The translations under genes were made by a program, and so were the position numbers. From contig JBPGPT010000006.1 in the NCBI GenBank assembly GCA_051047955.1, positions 434,001 to 498,000 of the forward strand: 64,000 bases of DNA, in the 5' to 3' direction. Under the pieces are notes generated by a model. That model ran no database searches. It was not told the origin of the DNA and saw nothing but the letters and a program-made list of their open reading frames with translations. The number at the start of each line of letters is the position of its first letter. The first letter of the stretch is position 1. Shown in pieces: positions 40,091-53,332 of the stretch. Origin of the DNA: Cystobasidiomycetes sp. EMM_F5. Lineage: Eukaryota.

Positions 40091-40346
40091 ATTACTGTTC
40101 CGCGAAAGCGGTTGCTGCATTAGTATGTATCCGGCGCTTTGGAGCGTGAAGCCCGATATGTAGGTGACCATCTGGCAAGCGTATCAGCACAATTGTGGTT
40201 GTCAATGGATAATGACTTTGCGATGCGTTCAGCTAACGGGACAACGATTCAAATATAAGAATATCCTGCCGATGCCTACTGCATGAGCCATCATTGTAGC
40301 CATTATTTGGGTGAGGACGATAACCTTGACTGTCGAGGTTAAGAGC

Positions 40347-40938
40347 TTATCGCGAAGCAAAGTGGTCAAGGAGGACGTTCAGAGCCTCAGACTCTTGGCC
40401 GTAATCCTTGACAACGACGCAAGAGCAGTTGATGACTTTGCGGGCGTTTCCTTCACGGTCAATCTTGCAGAGACCGACCCACTCGCCGAGCTGCTTGCCG
40501 TCAGCAATCTTGATGAGGTTGATCTTGTGCTCGTTGCATAGTGCCTCAATCAGCTTGGTGTACTCGGCTTCGGTGCACGACTCGTTCAGGACGCAAAGAT
40601 GGGCCTGGCGTTTGTCGAGCGCCTTTGCGCATTCGCGGAGGCCACGAGCGAGACCATCGTGGATCTGTTACAAAAGAACCAGGTCAGTATATGTCAAATA
40701 TAATCAGATTTCGTGAGCAATTTTGCACACCATGGCCTTCTTCAGAACTTCCTTCAGAGCGTCCTCGGTGGACATCTTGCCTCCCTTGACGGGTGCGGCA
40801 GACTCTGTAACCTCAACAGTCTCGGGTGCGGTGTTGTCCTCTACGTCCGACCTGTACGCGGTACCCAACGAATCGTCAGAATTTGGCCAAATTTGCCGAC
40901 AATTAGACACAATCTTCTGCTCTGTGCGCAACTCACAT
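40347..40938 (-). CDS. RPS12: 40S ribosomal protein eS12
   Basis: [36 protein letters not shown]...[19 protein letters not shown]...DHFASR-TAA. The ATG is split by intron 40936-40852. Confidence 0.95.
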
Positions 40939-41839
40939 TGTGGAGCGATGTCTACGTCCTCGAGGAAAGTAGGAGAATGAATGTAGACGACGCTGAAATG
41001 AACGCCAATTGATGAGTACAGGCAGACCTTGTGCCCTCGACTTGGGACCTCTTTGCGAGGCGATCGGGATTTTGCGAGGTCAGCCTTCCCCGACAGGGAG
41101 ACGGTATCTTGACCTTGAGTCGACCGCATCAAAGGCAGACTGCTGTCTGCGCATCCAATGATCCAACATCATGCAACATTTCCCATATTTTGCCTCTTTG
41201 CGAAAGCTGACTGTTCGAAAATGACCTCTGAAGTTGGTCCCCACTTTAAAGCTGCCGCCAACGACCTTCGTTTCAATGCGATACCGAAGTACCGAATACA
41301 GACACGCGTATTTTTTGTTTTGTCCTGAGACGGGAGGCACTACTGACATAACAGTAAAAATGAGAGATCAAGAGAATGCCCTCACTCGTTTGATTTGATT
41401 CAAACTGAACGTAGTGTATAGACTGAATATCTATGCAGCTGTCATTGTCCTGCTGCTCGAACCTAGCTGACCTCTATGAGATCTGAGCTCAGCCCTAGCC
41501 TTCGGATGCGCATCTCACCGTGCGCATCACTCGACGAAGATTTGGGAGAGTCAGACGGAAAACATTGACATCATGTGAAATTGAGTAGTTGCGTAAATGA
41601 TACACCGTTGCGTCAACAAAACAACGCATTGTGAGGATATGGTGCGGAACAGAAAGCTGAACTCTGGCTTGCCAATAGCACCTACTCTATCTAGCTGCCC
41701 ACTTCAGCTCCAGTTTACGCCTTGACCTTCGAGCGTAAAAACAAGCACAAATTGCACGGTGAATTTTCTATTTGCTTCGGTGGTATGAAAGCTGGGAATC
41801 CGCCTGTCCATCTTCGCCCCTAATCATGCATAGCCCTCG

Positions 41840-43375
<1,536 letters not shown>

Positions 43376-44651
43376 GGTGAACGGGCTGGGACTGCGAGAC
43401 CTGCCGGGAGTGGACGAGACTGGTCCTTAGGATGTGCTGTCTGCGTGTAGCTGCAGTGCTGGTCGCCCACGCTTTTTTGCAGCTGTATTGGTCTGCGGTC
43501 GAGGGACTGGATCAACCTAAATCGACCCGGGATCGCTGACCACGCGGAGGGTTGTGTGTTTTGGGCTTTGCAGGCTACCGAATGTGAGCAGCAGCCGCTG
43601 ACTTTGTCGTTTATCGATGTTGGTGCAGCGTCAAGACTTGCCGTCAAAGCCTGCCAGCGATAGGCCACCCTCGCTTGCTTGAAATGCTGCTGACTGTCCG
43701 CCCAGTGGCGTTACTGACCTCGAATGTTTAGAAGTGACCAACAGAGATGGCTAATGATTCGGAAGCTAGCAGCAAGACGCACTTGCGATATATCGGATAA
43801 ATGATCTTCTCTGTTCTCTAGCAGGACCCGTTGGTGTCTAGGCGGAATTCCTGCCCCGCTTGGCCAGGAAACTTGTTTGCAAGCAGAACGAATACATAAC
43901 AAGGACGACAGCGCTCGAATACGATGCTGATAGAAAGGCACTGCAACTCTCCTCTATTCGAGTTAAAGAAAATACTGCATACTCCACGCTCGAAGTGAGA
44001 TCCGACGCTCCGGCCTCACGCGGCGTTTCCAGCAAACAACGGAAGGCCTTTCACATAGTTCCAATCGAGCTAGTTTACCACTCGGTGCCTGCTTCTGCGA
44101 GTTGTTTGTCCCATTTGATATGGAAACGCTTGTCCCGCAAAGCATTACTAAAGAGTTAAGGCAGTGAAAGCCGTAATGCGCAGTGACAAAGACTGTGGTG
44201 TTGACGGCAGATAGCATTGTCAAACATTGCTTCGATGCTCTCTGCCAAAGTCGCTCCGGCGAATAGCCAAACCTTCCCAAGGCCATGAGCGCTCAAAATT
44301 ACTGGACAGCACAAAGGCAAGATCACCGTGAACGCTCATTCCACATGAAGTATTGCATCAAACTCGTATTTCATTTCATGACTATCCTTTAGTGTATTTC
44401 AATTGCTCGTACAACGTTTTTTCGAGGAGGTGACGGGTAAAAAGAGTTTCATTATACTGATTGCGGACGAGGATAGGTTTGGGATACTACGCGGTCGAGT
44501 GTCTGAATGTTCTGGTCTGCTTCAGGCTATGCTGCAGCTGGCTTTCTCTTGCCAACATTATTTCCCCCAAATACCATTTCCTCTTGATCCTTTATTCTTT
44601 CTATGGTATTCAGATTGCACGAATCCTGCACTCTCACAGTGCACCATGCAT

Positions 44652-47600
44652 TTACAGCTCCTTTTTGACACTCCTGCTAGCTTCTGCTGCCGATTTGGAG
44701 GCAGACACGGAAGCCGACGAGAGGGACTTGGATGCGTGTACGGACGCGCTCGACAGGGATTTGGAGGCCTCTACGCTTGCAGATGAGAGAGACTTGGAGA
44801 GCTCCGAAGAGTGGGAGACTGACGATTTCGAGAGACTAATTGCGCGTGCGGAGGCGACAGACGATACGGAACTGGCAAGGGATGAGGCAGACTTGCTCAA
44901 CGAGCTGGCCGCATGCGAAGCAGAATACGAGGCTGCTGATGCCAGCGACGAAGCCGATGAAGACAACTTGCTGGCGAGCGAAGTGGCGGAGACGGAAGCT
45001 ACCGAGGCGGTGGATGAAGCGGATGCAGACAGCGAGCTGTAATAGGACGAGGCAGACTTGCTTGCAGAGGAAGCTGCCGAAGATGCTTCTACCGATGCAC
45101 GAGACAGGGAACTGCTAGCGTGCTTGCTGGCCGAGGATGAGAGGGACGATGCCGAAGATGGATCGTATCCAGCCGACGAAGCAGATTTGCTCAATGACGA
45201 GATGGACGACTGAGCAGATTTGCTTGCACTGGAAAGGGAGGATTGAGCGCTGACAGACGCGACAGAAGCTGCAGACGAAGCGGAAGCCGAGAGAGCAGAA
45301 AGCGCGCTGAATGCAGATTTGGAGGCGACAGATGCGGCAGATACAGCAGATTTGGAAGCTACGGAAGCAGCAGAAGATCCACTGGCAGATGCCGACACTG
45401 CAGACTTGGACGCAGATACACTTGCAACAGAAGCAGCAGAGACGGCCGACTTGCTAGCTACGGAAGCCAATGACGAGATGGACGACGGGTCGGTGACACC
45501 AGCTGCAAATCCCCTCGCCTCGCTGGCAAGGGAAGTAGCGTGCTTGGAGGCTTCAGAGTAAAGGGACGAAGCCGAAGCGGAAGCTTGAGAAGCATAAGGA
45601 GCAGCAGTCTTGCTTGCAGCAGACGCAGCACTTGATCCGCTCTTGCTCGCGACGGATGCAGCGCTCGATCCAGACGCAGAGACGGTAGAGAGGAGATCCT
45701 CTCCGGAAACGGAAGCCTGGTTGTAGACATATTTGCCTTTGAGGCCCGCTTCTTCGCCGTAGCCGCCGAAAGTGCTGCCACCGACTGCACCTTGCAGGAT
45801 GGCGAGGGCTTCTCTGACCTTGTCCTCTGCAATGTGAGTACCAGCTGCTACCCATTCCTGGACTGATCCGAGGAGGCCACCAAGACCGCCAGCAGCAACA
45901 ACGTAGTTATCCTTCATGAGTTGGATGAGTTCTGCACGTTTGCTGTTCATGGGGACGTTGATGCCATTGGAGCGAAGCCATCCTCTGATACGGTTGTCAG
46001 TCCACGAGAGGTAATCGTAGGTCTTTGAAGAAGTGGTAGAGTAGTGCTTGGAGAAGAGAGTCTTGACATCATCAGCTTTCAGCTGGACGTCAGACTTGAG
46101 GTAGCCGTGCTTGACGAGCCAGTCGCGCATCTCAGTCTGCTTCCATGCCTGGTCGACGTTGTCGGGCAGTTTGTTCCAGTTGGTCTCGAGTAAGTTCTCC
46201 ATCTTGTCGCGAGTCAAGCCAGCTGCTTCAGCTTGGCTGACGAGCTGGTTCTTGACGAGGTAAGCGCGGGTCTGTGCGTCCGACCAGGTATCCCAGAGAC
46301 GGTCGTTGGCGGAGTAGTAGTAGGATTTCATGGTAGACAGCAGACTGAGCGTGCGACTAACGTCAGCCTGCAGTGCAAGTCACATATTATAATACTGGAA
46401 CCCACTCATCACGCTTTGCCTCAACGGGCGTCTTGATGAGTCCCTTCTTTTCGAGCCAGCTGCGGAGGGTGTTGTCATCCCAAGCCTGGTAAGCGGTATC
46501 ACGGAGCGAGTAGTAATTGTCATCGAGGATCTTGGTCAGTGAATCCTTTGTCGCCTTTGCATCCGACTTGATGAGACCTCTGGAGATTGCCCAGTTTCTC
46601 AGCTGAGACTCAGACCAGGAGTGGTATGTTGTGTCCTTGGCAGAATAATAGTTGCGCTGCATGAGGTCGATGAGATCGTCTCTAGTCTTTGCGGACTTGG
46701 TCTGTACTACGCCGCGCTTGACGAGCCATTGGCGAATGTACGAGTCTGACCACGTGTCATACACGGTACTGGATCCAGACGCGTATGCATCCTTGACACG
46801 CTTGGCCAGATCATTCTTGGTTGCTTGGACCGGAGTGTCGACAATACCCTGCGACTCGAGGTAGGCGCGCAATTGAGACTCGTTCCAAGTCGACCAGACA
46901 TAGTCCTTGGCATCATCGAGGGAGGTAGCGAGGTAGTCGTACGCCTGACGAGGTGCATCACCAGACGCATAGTATGCCTCTGTAATCTTGTTTGTAGCTT
47001 GAGCAGCCAACGATGACGCAGAAGCAGATCCAACGGAAGCGAGGGACGATGCAGAAGCAGAACCAGCAGACGCAGCAGACGAGACGGACGCAGATCCGAC
47101 TGAAGCGTACGAACCACCCTGGGCTAGCTTTTGTTTGGCAAGTATGCGCAACTCTTCGGGCTTGCTCTTGGGCGAGACGATTCCATGCTTGAGGAGGAAC
47201 TCGCGCAGCTCGCTGTCGGTCCATGCGTCGACAATCTTGTTGTGCGAGACAGGTGTGGCCTGGGCATTGTACGCTGCTTGGGCGCGGGTGGCTTGCGCTC
47301 CCAAGTACGAGTTTGCGGTTCCCCAAGCGCCTCGAACTTGGTCAACAAGCTCGTCGCGCGTGGATTTGGGTTTGGGAAGGATGTGGTGGTCCTGTCGAAC
47401 ACATCAAGCGGTAGAGGTGGGGGAGGTCAAGGAGAGAAGAGTAGAGTAGAAATCCAAGCACATGAGTACATGGAGTTTGCAATCAGCAGAGAAGTAGAGT
47501 GAAGAACAGACGGGGTTGGGTAGGAAGAGTATGAAAAGAACCACAAAGACGAAATTTGCGACCAGTGGAGGAGTGTGAAAAGGCGAATAACGAGGGGAGA

Positions 47601-48247
47601 GATGGGGAGTATGGACAAAATCACACAGGATGTAGGAGTCGTGAGTGTCAATCGTCAGAATAATCCTCCCAATCTACATCCCCCACTCACCACCAGCCAG
47701 TCGTGCAAGTCGGAGTCTTCCCAGTTTACGTACGCGCTATCGTAGCTTCTCCTGATTGCCTTGATTGCGCGGTCTCTTGTATTGGGCGTGGGGGTAGGAA
47801 TGAGGGAGTTTGACGACATCCACGACTTGATGTCCGTCTCGGTCCTGAGTTTTGAGATCAGTCGTTGCCTTGCACCATCACACGCCTCGACAACTCACCA
47901 CTTGTCGTACGCAGAGTCGTAGTTTGACTTTACGAGGTCTCTGAGCTGCTCGGTCGACAGTTTGCCTGGAGTGTGTGCGCGGTCAGACGGTGACGTGGAG
48001 GGGATACTCTGCAAACCACGCCTACCAGGATTGGGCACCTTGTGGTCGGTGAGCCATCTCTCGAGCTGCGAGTTGTCCCAGTCGTGCCATGCGGGGACTG
48101 GGTGCACGACAGAGTTAGCATGTTCCAGTTAATGCAGAGGGTGTCAATCATGATATTCAAATGCTCACCGTCTCTTGTGAATAGCCCCGCACTTGCAGAC
48201 TGCGCGCAGGCAGCGAGCATGCACAGTGACAGTGCAGAGACGCGCAT
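44652..48247 (-). CDS. Ish1/Msc1-type repeat protein (ER/nuclear envelope lumen) with Ser/Ala-rich tail and C-terminal KKEL
   Basis: Signal peptide and repeated W(S/T)xSxLrxWLxxxG...RDxLxx motifs (e.g. DAWTDSELREFL, STWNESQLRAYL, DTWSDSYIRQWL). Ends in SVKKEL-TAA. Confidence 0.82.
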
Positions 48248-48489
48248 GGTGGGTGTGGGTGCAATAAGTTGTGCAGACTAGAGAGGTAGGACTGGCCAGA
48301 TCGACGTGCAAGAGAAGGAGAAAATGACAGGCACAGGAACGGAAAGTGACGTCAGGGGGAATAGGAGGAGGAAAGGTGAGATCATGGGAATGATTAGTCA
48401 GCTACAACCTCGATCACCCTGTACGCGCCGATGCGACTGCCATTGTGTTTGTGGGTGGATTAGTCAGGGCACACTCCTCACTCACAACC

Positions 48490-51400
48490 ATGGCAGACGA
48501 TATCGACATTGACATCGACACTGAGACTGACCCGGTACTGGCTGCAGCACTGCGAGAACACGCAAGGCTGGTCAGGGAGCAAGCAAAGGCAGAGCAAGCG
48601 CGGATTATTGCAGAGTACAGAGCAGCACGGACGAGCAACACAGACAAGGTGCTCGCTGGGCCAAGTCCGAGTCCGGCAAAGCGAGTAAAGGCTGCCATAA
48701 ATGTGTCAAGGTCGAGCAAGCCGAAGCGGCTGTTTGGAGTCGAGTCGACGGTCCTCGAGGCGGAAGCGAGACTGGCGTACATGCCGAGTCCCAAAGAGTC
48801 TGAGCTCGAGGTGCAGCTCGAGAGGGAGCGGAGCAGGCAGAAGCGGGCAGGCGAGAGGAGGGGCGTGCAGAGGAGTACTGCATTCGACCAGACGCCTGCA
48901 ATCACGAGCACGTCTGCGAGGAGCGACACTACACCCGACGATGCATACACTCCCATACGAAACGAACGAAACGACGACCTCACAGTCGTACACAACCTCC
49001 AGCACTGTCCGGTAGACTATACACCCCCAGCAGACGATCCACTCTTTTTAAAGTATGAACCCAACAGCGGGACAAGACTGAGGTGGGCAATCTCACTCTC
49101 TCCTCTATGACTGCCGATAGATGCCTGACTTTTGCACGCGCGCCGTTTCTTCTTCTCCGACACGCAAATTGTTTCAATTATACTACTCTCCTCATTCGAC
49201 GCATTCTCCATGAATGCATATTCCCTCTACGTCTTTTATGTTTGCCCAACAACTACATTCCGAACGACTATACTCTTTCCTGTTTCCCCCTGGTGCTCCG
49301 TTTCCCTTTATATCATCTGCTGATCCTTTACTTGCAACGTATCTAATCTTATTAATTTCACCCTCTGTGCTCTATTTCCCTCATTATTACGACCTTACCC
49401 TCCTTGTGTCATTTGTTGCTCTTCTACATTACATTCATCAACACTCACAGAGACCGCAAGTTGCCGCACGAAGATCTTCAAGAGTACCTATCCGCACGAT
49501 ACTTTGTATCTCCCGAGATGCTGTACGCGCTCGTTCGGACCATTAAGGGCGGCACAGAGTACGAGATGCCACTAGAGGGCGACTGGGTGCTCATCGGCGT
49601 TCTTGCCGAAAAGTCCGAGATTCGAATGACTGGATCTGGGAGTGCCCTTCTCGCCAAACGAAACAAGACATTATCGAGAGAGGAAAAGACTCGCCTAAAG
49701 GACAAGAAGGAAGCAATGAAGGCTCTGGATGTGGATGGCGAAGCGGCATCGGATGACGAACTAAAAGCTGCCGCTAGTTCAGGAGACGAAGCCATCGCGT
49801 CAAAAGCTGCAGCAGCGACTCCCGCACAGAGAAGGTACATTTCCTTCAAGTTGCTCGATATGCGAAACAAGAATGCAGGTGGTGGTGCGGGAATCCTGGC
49901 GCTCAAGCTCTTTGAAGCCGACCCGAAGCACGAACGAGTGAAGAAGGCCGCAGAGTCGGATGAGGAGATTGTCACAAAGACTGGAGTAAGGATGAGGAAG
50001 GAGAAGAAGCTGTATAGAGATGATGGAAAGTTGGATGTTGCGCAGACGACATCGCACAAGGGTGGCAGCGGAGGGGCATACGAAAAGTTTTGGAAGGAGA
50101 GAAACGGAACGGTCGTGGCTATTCTCAATCCGAGATTAATGAAGCCCTGGACGGTATGTCGCGCTAAAATATGAACTTTGATGGACTTCCAACCGGCTGA
50201 CTTGCTGCGCGCAACAGGGCGGATTCGGTCAAGGCTCGAACGCAAACGTCATTGCGCTCACGCCCGAGTCTGCAGAATCAATGGTCATTATCGGTCGTTC
50301 GGAAGATCTAGGCTCATGTCAGGCAATGAAGAAAGATGGACAGTTGTGCGGTGCATGGTGTGATCTGTAAATACTTCGCTTTCGCAAGGGCATGATACAA
50401 GCGTCAGATCTAACAGAACGCACATGACAGACGAAGCGGGACAGCGTGCGAGTATCACGTCCAGCAAGCCATCAAGAATAGGCGAGCGGCAAGACCAGAG
50501 TTTTATGCCGGGACGAGCGGAATGAATACCACTTCCACCAGTGCCAACTTTGATAAACTCACTTCGGCAAAGAATGGGCATCGAAAAGTGCCAAATGGGC
50601 AGTATGTGCATGCTGGCAATAGCACGATCTCATCGTCGAGAAGCATAAATGGTGTGCCGTATGATCCTGAAAACCGCTATGGCTTGCTTCCTCCAGCTGG
50701 TGCAGCGGCCCGCAGTCTAGATGGCACAAAAACATACGTCGTCGCGTCAACAACACAACCTGGCATACAGGGCACAAGTCATGCGCTTCGAAATCGACGA
50801 AATAACATGAACGGCGTGTCCAGAGCAAGCTACGTCGATGCTCCAAAAGTGCGAGGCGAGGTCGATCCAAAAGAGCGAGCTAAACGACGAGAAAGGGAGG
50901 AATCGCAAATGTGTAGGATCCTTCAGCGAGATGGTGGTAATTCTCTTGGTGCCAAGTATCTGGCTCGCAATGGGACCGTCAAGACCGTCCCCGGAAGAGA
51001 TGATAGCGAGACGGCGGACCAATCTGATCATCAGCCCAGCGAAGCAGTCCAGGACGGTGCAAGGAAGCGAGTCTTCAACGTTGCTGCCATGCGGAGGATC
51101 GGCTTTGATCCCACAAGTGCTAGTGGTGACCAGCCGAAAGCCAAGAAAATGAAGAACGTGAGTATGCTGATTGTCAGCTGTCTATTCCTGTTGGGCTGAA
51201 ATGAGGAAATCTGCAGGACGATGCTTTGAAAGCCCTGGAGAACCCAAGTAAGAACGTGGAGCCAAAGCTGAATCGTCCTCCTGGCGAGAAGGTGCGGTCA
51301 GGCGTGACCGTACCACCGGGTGCGCAGAAGCTGAGCAAGTCTAGGCGCCGTCCTCATCAGCCTGAGGCGGTAGACGACTGGGACGAGCTAGACGCGGAAC

Positions 51401-51567
51401 ATACTCGACGATCGTTCCTACTCGATGACGGTGGTGATGCCATGCACAAGAAGCCCAAGGCAGATCCAGGCTTCCTGTGGAGCAGTGACGATGAAGGAGA
51501 AGATCAATACCTTGCAAATGCGGACGCAGATTCGGACGATGATTTAGAAATTGAGCCGCCTGCTTGA
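48490..51567 (+). CDS. MCM10: Minichromosome maintenance protein 10
   Basis: EPNSGTRLR|DRKLPHEDL, GDWVLIGVLAEKS (OB fold), GTVVAILNP and a zinc finger DLGSCQAMKKDGQLCGAWCD...CEYH. Confidence 0.9.
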
Positions 51568-51747
51568 GAAATCATCACTGTAGCTTTCCAGATCATACAG
51601 GTCGCTGTGTAGCCATATTATTGTTGTGTATGATATTCTGCCGATCCCCTCTCGATTTCAGGTACACATCTGATTTGCCATGTCGACGTAGCCCAGGTTG
51701 GCAGCGGCTGCCATCTCTTGCTTCTGCCGATACGCATTCCATCCACC

Positions 51748-52104
51748 ATGTCGGCTCTGCAACGTAATGCTCCAGTTGCAATGGGTCTCGGGCTGTCTGC
51801 AATGGGACTCGGAGCCATGGTAGCTCGACGGCCGTTCGCACAATTCTTTGGACTGGCGCATGAATCAAACAGCGGCTTCATACCGGCGCTAGGAGCTAGA
51901 GATCTCGCTTTTGGTGCACTATCCCTCTACTACGCTTACATCGGCAGACCAAAAGATGCAGCACTGGTTACGCTCTTCCTGAGCGCCGTGCCACTAGTGG
52001 ATGCGTGGATCGCATTCCAAGAGGGCGTCTCTCTGTGCACTCTCATCCATCTCGGGGGTGCTGCCGTAGGCGCTTCTCTCAGCTATGCGGTCATCAAATC
52101 ATGA
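51748..52104 (+). CDS. Small membrane protein, DUF4267-like, intronless
   Basis: Four hydrophobic segments with FG, GARDLAFG, VPLVDAW and IH motifs. Confidence 0.72.
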   Translation: MSALQRNAPVAMGLGLSAMGLGAMVARRPFAQFFGLAHESNSGFIPALGARDLAFGALSLYYAYIGRPKDAALVTLFLSAVPLVDAWIAFQEGVSLCTLIHLGGAAVGASLSYAVIKS

Positions 52105-52729
52105 CACGGCAGGTTAAACTTGTCAACATTGCCCGGTTGCGGACATGCATCTGGCATTTTCAAGAAGAGCTGGCGGAGCTGAATGCGATATCAAGGTTCA
52201 TGCTGCAAATTGTTTTGCTGTGCGTACCTTCCACACCAGGCACCGCATACGCCAAATTTGTCACCGTTTGACCAGTTGTGCCTTACAGAGTCCGGCAGTC
52301 TTGGGCAACAATTCAGTCGGCTTGGTCTTTTTTTCGGACTATGACACTCCATCATAGGGAACTCTTGCAACGGAAGCATTGAAAATATTGATTGCATACA
52401 TGTGCATGGAATTGTACATGGAATTCGATCGATCCTATCTAGACCCACATTCCCAGCCCTCTTCTGTGCTTACACAGTTTCCCGCTCGTCGTACTGATAG
52501 CAATCGGCTCTTCTAAGGGCACATTGCTCATGTTGACATGTGCTGAATTATTCATCGTCGGAGTCTGGAGTCCGTAGGGGTTCCTTCTGCTGTTTCGAAT
52601 AGCCTTCCCGACGTACAAATAGACAGAGAGATACGCTTAAGCAGGTATAGGATGACTGCCATAATTATATCACTCACTTTCACCGCCGCGCTTGTTCCAC
52701 CTGCCCGCGCTTCAATACTATCCGTTCGT

Positions 52730-53148
52730 CTACTCCATCCCAGCGAGGCAGAATCCCGCAAACAGAATGTACGAGACGAATCCGGCACCCCTTGACAATT
52801 CGTACACCATGGAAGCGGCGAATAGAGCTCCACTCGCTCCTAATCCTATGATACGCGTAGGCGGAAAAGCTACAACCGTAGCCAGTCCGATATAGAGATA
52901 TCGTAAATAGAGCAGTGTCTCGGACGTGGAGAGCTGAACAGCGAAAGCGATTCTGTAGGCAAATGTGGTCAGTTAGTTGAGCGAGATATGCAAAACTGCA
53001 TCCTGTATCACCTTTGTGCTATCTCTGGGATTTGTTGCTGGAAGCCGTGGGAAAAGCTAGGCGTATATGCATCGGTATACAATGCCTGGGCATGAAATAC
53101 GAGGAATGCGAGCACGGCCACAGTGCAGAGTTTGGATGCGAGATTCAT
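52730..53148 (-). CDS. Small hydrophobic hypothetical membrane protein, 2 exons
   Basis: MNLASKLCTVAVLAFLVFHAQA...EIAQR|IAFAVQL...LYIGLATVVAFPPTRIIGLGASGALF...FCLAGME-TAG. The intron has a CTAAC/CTGAC branch motif. Confidence 0.6.
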
Positions 53149-53332
53149 GGTGTTTTGCAGAGCAACCCGCAACAGTCGGGAGGATGCAGAGAGAATACGG
53201 CAACGAGAAAGTAGAAAGCAATCAGGCACGTGCGCGTAGACGCACCCGCCACCCCCTTCTTCCACAGGCCAAGATAATACATTGTGTAGTTGTCCTTGTT
53301 ATAGAGGCATACGACAACGCAGGTGCTCACTC

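Noticed and set aside
41505..41528. Short inverted repeat GATGCGCA...TGCGCATC (a similar one occurs at ~2061-2085)
   Set aside because: An 8-bp stem is expected by chance in 64 kb, and there are no tRNA, snoRNA or MITE hallmarks.
44461..45561. Plus-strand ORFs rich in D/E/A/L (e.g. 44461-45042)
   Set aside because: Antisense shadows of the Ser/Ala repeat exon of the Ish1-like gene, with no independent gene signals.
49478..50245. 255-aa minus-strand ORF, and similar overlapping ORFs such as 48414-48995 and 18659-19057
   Set aside because: Antisense to well-supported MCM10 or Grr1 exons, with no recognisable motifs.
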